Shown: positions 58,470 through 64,000 of the stretch, in pieces | Layout: every line of letters starts with the position of its first letter | Numbering within the stretch: position 1 is the first letter of the stretch | Assembly (NCBI GenBank): GCA_964631125.1 | Contig: CAZVYN010000003.1 | Location: forward strand, 19,060 to 83,059 | Direction: 5' to 3' | Source: an uncultured bacterium | Lineage (GTDB): Bacteria; Eisenbacteria; RBG-16-71-46; CAIMUX01 | DNA length: 64,000 bases | Translations under genes and position numbers: made by a program | The notes under the pieces: model-generated | Databases searched by the model: none | Told to the model about the DNA's origin: nothing | What the model saw: only the letters and a program-made list of their open reading frames with translations

Positions 58470-59292
58470 CGCGCCGACCCGCGTGCGCAACGCTCGCCGA
58501 CTCCAAGAAGTCTGGCCCGCCCGACTCGTCGGACTGGCCGCACTCCTCGGGCTGGCCGCCTGCGCCGGCCCTCGGTCGGGCTTGGAGATCGGCCCGGAGC
58601 AAGACTTCGAACGGGGCCGCGATCTGGTCGAGCGGGGCCGCAACCTCGACGGGATCCAGCTCCTGGAGAACTTCCGCGCCGGCCATCCCGGAAGCGACCG
58701 CGTCGATGACGCGACCTTTTGGCTCGGGCGGGCGCATGCTCAGTTGGACGAGCACCTCCTCGCCGTCCAGGAATACGACCGACTCCTGGCCGACTATCCG
58801 CAGTCCGAGCTGCGCGAAGAAGCGGAGTACGAACGCGCCCGCACGCTCTTCGATTCGGCCTACACGCCTGCGCGCGACCCCGAGCCGACCCAACAGGCGA
58901 TCGAGGCGTTCGAGGCGTACTTGCGCCACTACCCCGCGGGCGTGTTCGCGGCGGAGTCGCAGAGACTGCTGCGCGAGAGCCGTGATCGCTTGGCGGTCAA
59001 GGCGTACATGAACGGCCGCACCTATCAACAGCTCGGAAAGCACCGCGCGGCGCTCCTCTATTTCGAGAAGTCGCTCCGTATCCTCGAAGACTCGAGCCGT
59101 GGCGCACAGGCGTTGCTCGAATCGGCCCGCTCTCACGCCGCACTGGGCGAGGTCGAACAGGCGCGCGAAATCTATCAACGCTTGATCGACGCGGTCGGGA
59201 CGGGGGAGAGCGACGGCGATCGGCTGGAAATCCGCGCGCGGGCCGAGACCGAGTTGGCGCGTCTGGCCACGGCCGCCGCGTCACCTCGCTAG
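58453..59292 (+). CDS. bamD: outer membrane protein assembly factor BamD
   Basis: Lipobox LAAC; TPR repeats; DYPQS, RDPEPTQQAIEAFEAYLRHYP, RDRLAVK; start approximate. Confidence 0.82.
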   Translation: MPIRTDAPTRVRNARRLQEVWPARLVGLAALLGLAACAGPRSGLEIGPEQDFERGRDLVERGRNLDGIQLLENFRAGHPGSDRVDDATFWLGRAHAQLDEHLLAVQEYDRLLADYPQSELREEAEYERARTLFDSAYTPARDPEPTQQAIEAFEAYLRHYPAGVFAAESQRLLRESRDRLAVKAYMNGRTYQQLGKHRAALLYFEKSLRILEDSSRGAQALLESARSHAALGEVEQAREIYQRLIDAVGTGESDGDRLEIRARAETELARLATAAASPR

Positions 59293-59307
59293 CGGGGCAC
59301 ACTTCAG

Positions 59308-59922
59308 ATGCGTCTCGGAGTTCTCGGCGGGACGTTCGACCCCATCCACCTGGGTCATCTCCTGCTGGCCGAACAGGCCCGTGAGTCGTTGGAGCTCGAT
59401 CGCGTCCTGCTCGTTCCGGCGGCTCGCCCTCCGCACAAGGCGGACGGACCGCGGACGTCCCACCGGCATCGATTCCGCATGCTGGAGCTCGCGCTCGAAG
59501 GGATCCCCGGACTGGTCCCCTCCGACCTGGAGCGCGACGAAGCGCGGCCGTCCTACACCGTCGAGACCCTGGCGCGCGTGCGGGCGGAGCTCGAGTCGAA
59601 CGACCAGATCTTCCTGCTGCTCGGCACGGACTCGCTCCGTGATCTGCCGACCTGGAGAGAGCCGGAGCGAATCTCCCGGCTCGCTCGTCTGGCGGTCTAT
59701 CCGAGGCCGGGGGAAGAGATCGCTCCGTCTCCGTCCCACGGGGAAGTGCTCTGGCTCGACGGCCCGCGTCTTCGCCTTTCCGCCACCGAGGTGCGCGCCC
59801 GAATCGCCGCTGGCCGCTCGGTGAGATTCCTCGTGCCGGATGTCGTGCGCGAGTACATCGATCGCCATGGTCTCTACCTCGATCCGATCGGCAGCTCCAA
59901 AGCGGAGGGAGGGGAGAGTTGA
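59308..59922 (+). CDS. nadD: nicotinate-nucleotide adenylyltransferase
   Basis: GGTFDPIHLGHL, PPHK, SYTVETL, LSATEVR, YIDRHGLY. Confidence 0.96.
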   Translation: MRLGVLGGTFDPIHLGHLLLAEQARESLELDRVLLVPAARPPHKADGPRTSHRHRFRMLELALEGIPGLVPSDLERDEARPSYTVETLARVRAELESNDQIFLLLGTDSLRDLPTWREPERISRLARLAVYPRPGEEIAPSPSHGEVLWLDGPRLRLSATEVRARIAAGRSVRFLVPDVVREYIDRHGLYLDPIGSSKAEGGES

Positions 59923-62702
59923 GCGAACCGTCCCGTCCACGCACGTTCCTGCTCGACGGGACGGCGCTGATCTACCGCGCTCACTTCGCCTTCCTGCGCA
60001 ATCCGCTCATCACCACGCGCGGGGAGGAGGTCAGCGCCGTCTTCGGGTTGATCAGCACCGTCTTCCGGATCTTGCGAGAAGAAAAGCCGACCCGATTGCT
60101 CGTGGCCTTCGATCGCGGCGAGCCGACCTTCCGTCATGAGCAATACGCCGACTACAAGGCGCACCGGCCGCCGATGCCGGATGCGTTGATCAGCCAAGGT
60201 CCGCGCACGCGAGAGGTCCTGACGACGCTCGGCGCGCGCTTGATCGAACAGGCGGGAATCGAAGCCGACGACTGGATCGGAACCTACGCGCGCGCCGCCG
60301 CGCGGGCGGGCGATGACGTCGTCATCGTCTCGAGCGACAAGGACCTCATGCAGTTGGTCGGTTCGCGGGTGCGGCAGTGGATCCCGCCGAAAGCGAACGA
60401 GCCGGGCCAGTGGATCGACGCCGACGCGGTCCGCGCGCGCTGGGGCGTCGGGCCTGAGCAGATGATCGACTTCCTCGCGCTGATGGGGGACGCCTCCGAC
60501 AACGTCCCCGGAGTGGCGGGAGTCGGGGAGAAGACCGCCGCGAAACTGCTCCAGACTTTCGGTTCGTTCGATGCGATCTACGAACGACTGGAAGAGGTCC
60601 TGCCGGTCACCCTGCGCGAAAAGCTCCGCCGCGGCCGTGAAGACGCGCTGCTCTCTCGCGAGTTGGTCACGGTGAAGTGTGACCTGCCGCTGCCGTACTC
60701 GCTGGATGATCTGGCCGCCCCGCAGCTTCGCGCGACGCCGGAGCTGCGCGCGCTGCTGGAGCAGCTCGAATTCCGCCGACTCCTGGCGGTCCTCGCTCCC
60801 TCGCCCGACCCCGCTCCGGTCGTCGGCCAGTTGGACTTTTCCCCCGCGATCGCTCCCGAGTCGAACATCGAGACGCCGCCCGACCCGAACGCCGGCCCGC
60901 TCTGGGGACCCGGCTATCGGACGCTCGCGACCTTGGAGGAGCTCGACGCGTATCTGGCGGCGTTTCGCGCCAGCGGCGCCCCGCTCGCCTTCGACACCGA
61001 AACGACGTCGTTGGACGCGCGCCGAGCCGAACTCGTCGGTCTCTCGCTCTCGTTCGCTCCCGGCGACGCCGTCTATGTGCCGGTCGGACATCGCGACGGA
61101 CCGAATGCGCCGCTCGACGGGGTCCTGGAGCGTCTCCGCGCCGTCTTCGCCGACCCCGGCGTCTTGTTGGTGGGCCAGAACTGCAAGTACGACCTCCATC
61201 TCTTGGCGGCGAGAGGGATCGATCGAGTCGGTCCGGTCCGCGACACGATGCTGGCCAGCTACCTGCTCGATCCGGAGGGGAGCCACGGCCTCGACGCACT
61301 CAGCCAGGAGATCCTCGGACATCGGATGATCCCGATCACCGAACTGATCGGCGAGGGGCGAACCCAGATCACGATGGACCAGGTCGCCGTCGATCGAGCC
61401 ACCGAGTACGCAGCCGAAGACGCCGACGCGGCGGGGCGGCTTCATCCGATTTTCGAGGAGCGGCTGCGTGCGGCCGAACTCCACGAACTGTGGACCGAGC
61501 TCGAATGCCCCTTGATCGACGTGCTCCTGACGATGGAGCGGGCCGGGATCGGGCTGGATGTCGAGTACCTGGCAGTATTGTCGCGAGAGCTGGAGCGTCG
61601 GCTCGCGGCCCTCACGTTGGAGATCCACGCCGCGGCGGAGCGAGAGTTCAACATCGCGAGTCCCGCGCAGCTCGCCCAGGTTCTCTTCGATCACCTGCGA
61701 CTTCCGAAGGGGAAGAAGACCAAGACCGGCTACTCGACCGATCAAGAAGTCCTGGAGGAGTTGGCCTCGCTCCATCCGGTCCCGCGTCTGGTCCTGGAGC
61801 ACCGACAGCTCTCCAAGCTGAAGGGCACCTACGTCGATTCGCTGCCGGCGTTGGTCGATCCGCAGACGAAGCGCCTGCACACCACGTACGGTCAGGCGGT
61901 CGCCGCGACCGGGCGGCTCTCTTCGAACGACCCGAATCTGCAGAACATCCCGATCCGCAGCGCCGCGGGGCGTGAGATCCGACGCGCCTTCGTGGCCGCG
62001 CCGGGCCATCGCCTCATCTGCGCCGACTACTCGCAGATCGAGCTGCGCATCCTGGCGCATCTCTCGGGCGACGAGACGTTGCGCGAGGCGTTCCGCCAAG
62101 GGCAGGACATCCACGTCGCGACCGCGGTGCGGCTGTTCGGCGTCGATCCATCGCACGTCGATGCCGAACTGAGGTCTCGCGCGAAGACCGTCAACTTCGG
62201 GGTCATCTACGGGATGGGGCCGATTCGATTGGCGCGCGCCCTTTCGATTCCGGTGGCCGAGGCGCGTCGATTCATCGGGGAGTACTTCGCCCGCATCCCG
62301 GGAGTGAAGCTCTATCTCGAGGCGAGTCTGGCCGAGGCGCGACAGAACGGCTACGTGCGCACGCTCTACGGTCGAAGGCGGATCGTGCGCGGCCTCGACG
62401 GGCGCGACCCTCGGCTGAAGGCGCAGGCGGAGCGGATCGTGGGGAACACTCCCATCCAGGGGACCGCGGCCGATCTCATCAAGCGCGCGATGTTGCGCGT
62501 GCACGCCGCGCTGCGCGAGCGTCGGGTCTCCGCGCGACTGCTCCTGCAAGTGCACGACGAGTTGGTGCTGGAGGCGCCGCACGCGGAAGTCGAAGAGGTG
62601 CGCGAGTTGGTGCGCGAGGCGATGGAGCAGGCGGGCGATCTGTCGGTGCCGCTGCGCGTCGATTTCGGCGCAGGAGACGATTGGTCCGAGGCGCACCCGT
62701 GA
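59919..62702 (+). CDS. polA: DNA polymerase I
   Basis: LDGTALIYRA, EADD, GDASDNVPGV, FDTETT, TGRLSSNDPNLQNIP, DYSQIELR, AKTVNFGVIYG, QVHDEL. Confidence 0.98.
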   Translation: MSEPSRPRTFLLDGTALIYRAHFAFLRNPLITTRGEEVSAVFGLISTVFRILREEKPTRLLVAFDRGEPTFRHEQYADYKAHRPPMPDALISQGPRTREVLTTLGARLIEQAGIEADDWIGTYARAAARAGDDVVIVSSDKDLMQLVGSRVRQWIPPKANEPGQWIDADAVRARWGVGPEQMIDFLALMGDASDNVPGVAGVGEKTAAKLLQTFGSFDAIYERLEEVLPVTLREKLRRGREDALLSRELVTVKCDLPLPYSLDDLAAPQLRATPELRALLEQLEFRRLLAVLAPSPDPAPVVGQLDFSPAIAPESNIETPPDPNAGPLWGPGYRTLATLEELDAYLAAFRASGAPLAFDTETTSLDARRAELVGLSLSFAPGDAVYVPVGHRDGPNAPLDGVLERLRAVFADPGVLLVGQNCKYDLHLLAARGIDRVGPVRDTMLASYLLDPEGSHGLDALSQEILGHRMIPITELIGEGRTQITMDQVAVDRATEYAAEDADAAGRLHPIFEERLRAAELHELWTELECPLIDVLLTMERAGIGLDVEYLAVLSRELERRLAALTLEIHAAAEREFNIASPAQLAQVLFDHLRLPKGKKTKTGYSTDQEVLEELASLHPVPRLVLEHRQLSKLKGTYVDSLPALVDPQTKRLHTTYGQAVAATGRLSSNDPNLQNIPIRSAAGREIRRAFVAAPGHRLICADYSQIELRILAHLSGDETLREAFRQGQDIHVATAVRLFGVDPSHVDAELRSRAKTVNFGVIYGMGPIRLARALSIPVAEARRFIGEYFARIPGVKLYLEASLAEARQNGYVRTLYGRRRIVRGLDGRDPRLKAQAERIVGNTPIQGTAADLIKRAMLRVHAALRERRVSARLLLQVHDELVLEAPHAEVEEVRELVREAMEQAGDLSVPLRVDFGAGDDWSEAHP

Positions 62703-63436
62703 GCGCGCGGCGGCTCCGGGTCGTCGGCGTCACCGGCGGAATCGGAGCGGGGAAGTCGACGTTGTGCCGCCTCTTGCAGGAACGGTTCCAGGCAGAGTCG
62801 CTGGACGCCGATGCGTTCGGACACGACGCCCTGCGAGCCGGGACCACGGTCTACGAGGCGCTCGTCGCGCGCTTCGGCGAGGAGTCGCTCGGACCCGATC
62901 GCGCGCTCTCGCGCTCGTACCTGGCGAAGATCGTCTTCGCCGACGACGAAGCGCGCCGCGATCTGGAGAAGATCGTCCACCCGTGGATCCTCGATGGGAT
63001 CGTCGCGCGGGTCGCGGCCTTGCGGGCATCCAACTACGAAGGTATCTTCCTGCTCGAAGCGGCGCTCCTCCTGGACTGGGTCGAGCGCCGTTCCGATTCC
63101 GACTCTGATCCAGACGATGCGATCCCCGGCCACACGCTTCGAGGCGTGCCCGAGGAGGATCTGCGCGTCGACGGGATCGTCGTCGTGACCGCGCCGCTCG
63201 AGCAACGCCTGGAGCGGCTGGCGCGACGCGGATTGACCGAAGCAGAGGCGCTCGCGAGGGTCCGCGCGCAGCGCAGCGACCTCGAATGGATTGGGGCCGG
63301 CGACTGGGTCGTGCAGAACTCCGGCTCGAGGCAGGCGCTGACGAAGGCTGCCGACCAACTCTGGAGCGAGATCCGCGCCGCTTGGCCGGCGTCGGCCCGA
63401 CGAAACGAAGTGCGACCAGACGAGGGGAGTGGATGA
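62699..63436 (+). CDS. coaE: dephospho-CoA kinase
   Basis: VGVTGGIGAGKST, DAD, LEKIVHP, EAALL, RLARRG. Confidence 0.92.
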   Translation: MSARRLRVVGVTGGIGAGKSTLCRLLQERFQAESLDADAFGHDALRAGTTVYEALVARFGEESLGPDRALSRSYLAKIVFADDEARRDLEKIVHPWILDGIVARVAALRASNYEGIFLLEAALLLDWVERRSDSDSDPDDAIPGHTLRGVPEEDLRVDGIVVVTAPLEQRLERLARRGLTEAEALARVRAQRSDLEWIGAGDWVVQNSGSRQALTKAADQLWSEIRAAWPASARRNEVRPDEGSG

Positions 63437-64000
63437 CGATGTCGATCGACGTAGCGCACGCGCACCGCGATGGGGGAGAACGACTGCAATCCCTCCGGAG
63501 ATATCTTTGACGTCGCTGGGCGTCAGGCGGTGGTGGCGAAGTTGGAGGCGCGACTGGCGGCGCCCGGATTCTGGGATCGCCCGGCGGATGCGCGCGACGT
63601 CCTGAAGCAGCTCCGCCGCGAAAAGGCGATCCTCGGACGGTACGGTTTGGTCCAGCGCGAGTGGGAAGACCTGGGAGTCTTGGTCGAGCTCTCCTCCGAG
63701 GCCGACGACGCACGGGAGGCGGAGCAACTGGCGACCAAGTTCGTCTCCGATCTCGAACAGTTCGAGCTGACCACGCTCCTCGACGGCGAATACGACGCCC
63801 ACAACGCGATCCTGGCGATCCATCCCGGCGCCGGCGGAACGGAAAGCCAGGACTGGGCCGAGATGCTCTACCGGATGTACCTGCGCTGGTGTGAGCAGAA
63901 CGACATGAAGGCGACCATCCTCGACTACCAGCCGGCCGACGAGGCGGGGTTGAAGGACGCCGTCATCGAAGTGGCCGGCGATTACGCGTATGGCTACCTG
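63433..64000 (+). CDS. prfB: peptide chain release factor 2 (programmed +1 frameshift; 3' truncated)
   Basis: ...SLRRYL then CTT TGA C; +1 frame DVAG...PGFWD...AIHPGAGGTESQDWAEMLYRMYLRW. Confidence 0.96.
63497..63511 (+). promoter_or_regulatory. prfB +1 frameshift site
   Basis: GGAGA-TAT-CTT-TGA-C: SD-like sequence, slippery CTT and weak UGAC stop. Confidence 0.92.

Overview
High-GC, diderm (LPS/Lpt/Bam-encoding) bacterial chromosome segment. Several secreted proteins carry FlgD-Ig/T9SS-like C-terminal domains, which suggests an FCB-related candidate lineage such as Eisenbacteria (inference only). Most of the window is housekeeping on the + strand: tdk, a nucleoside ABC transporter and PNP; proC; mreBCD-mrdA-rodA-aroE-comF-rng; rplU-rpmA-mdh-kdsB-pyrG-kdsA-kdsD-lpxL-lptC-lptB-rpoN-hpf-hprK-PTS; pgi/pmi, a nucleotidyltransferase, metK, ftsK, lolA, rimO, bamD, nadD, polA, coaE and prfB with its programmed frameshift. 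The main finding is two tandem minus-strand paralogues (6085-8118 and 8201-10249) whose true N-termini are missed by the ORF track. Each has a signal peptide followed by E(D/E)FGATW-TGA-TFCP, a thioredoxin/Omp28-like UxxC motif with an in-frame UGA. In each, a stem-loop starts exactly 11 nt after the UGA and has a GGU loop, as expected for a bacterial SECIS. They are therefore candidate large secreted multidomain selenoproteins, lying downstream of a Walker-B-degenerate Clp-like AAA protein. A compositionally distinct island (~26.0-33.4 kb) lies between rng and rplU. It carries a subtilase whose signal peptide is put out of frame by a (TTTCTCTC)4 repeat and which has further lesions, a second secreted protein, and a C5-methyltransferase with a putative CCGG-family-like endonuclease.
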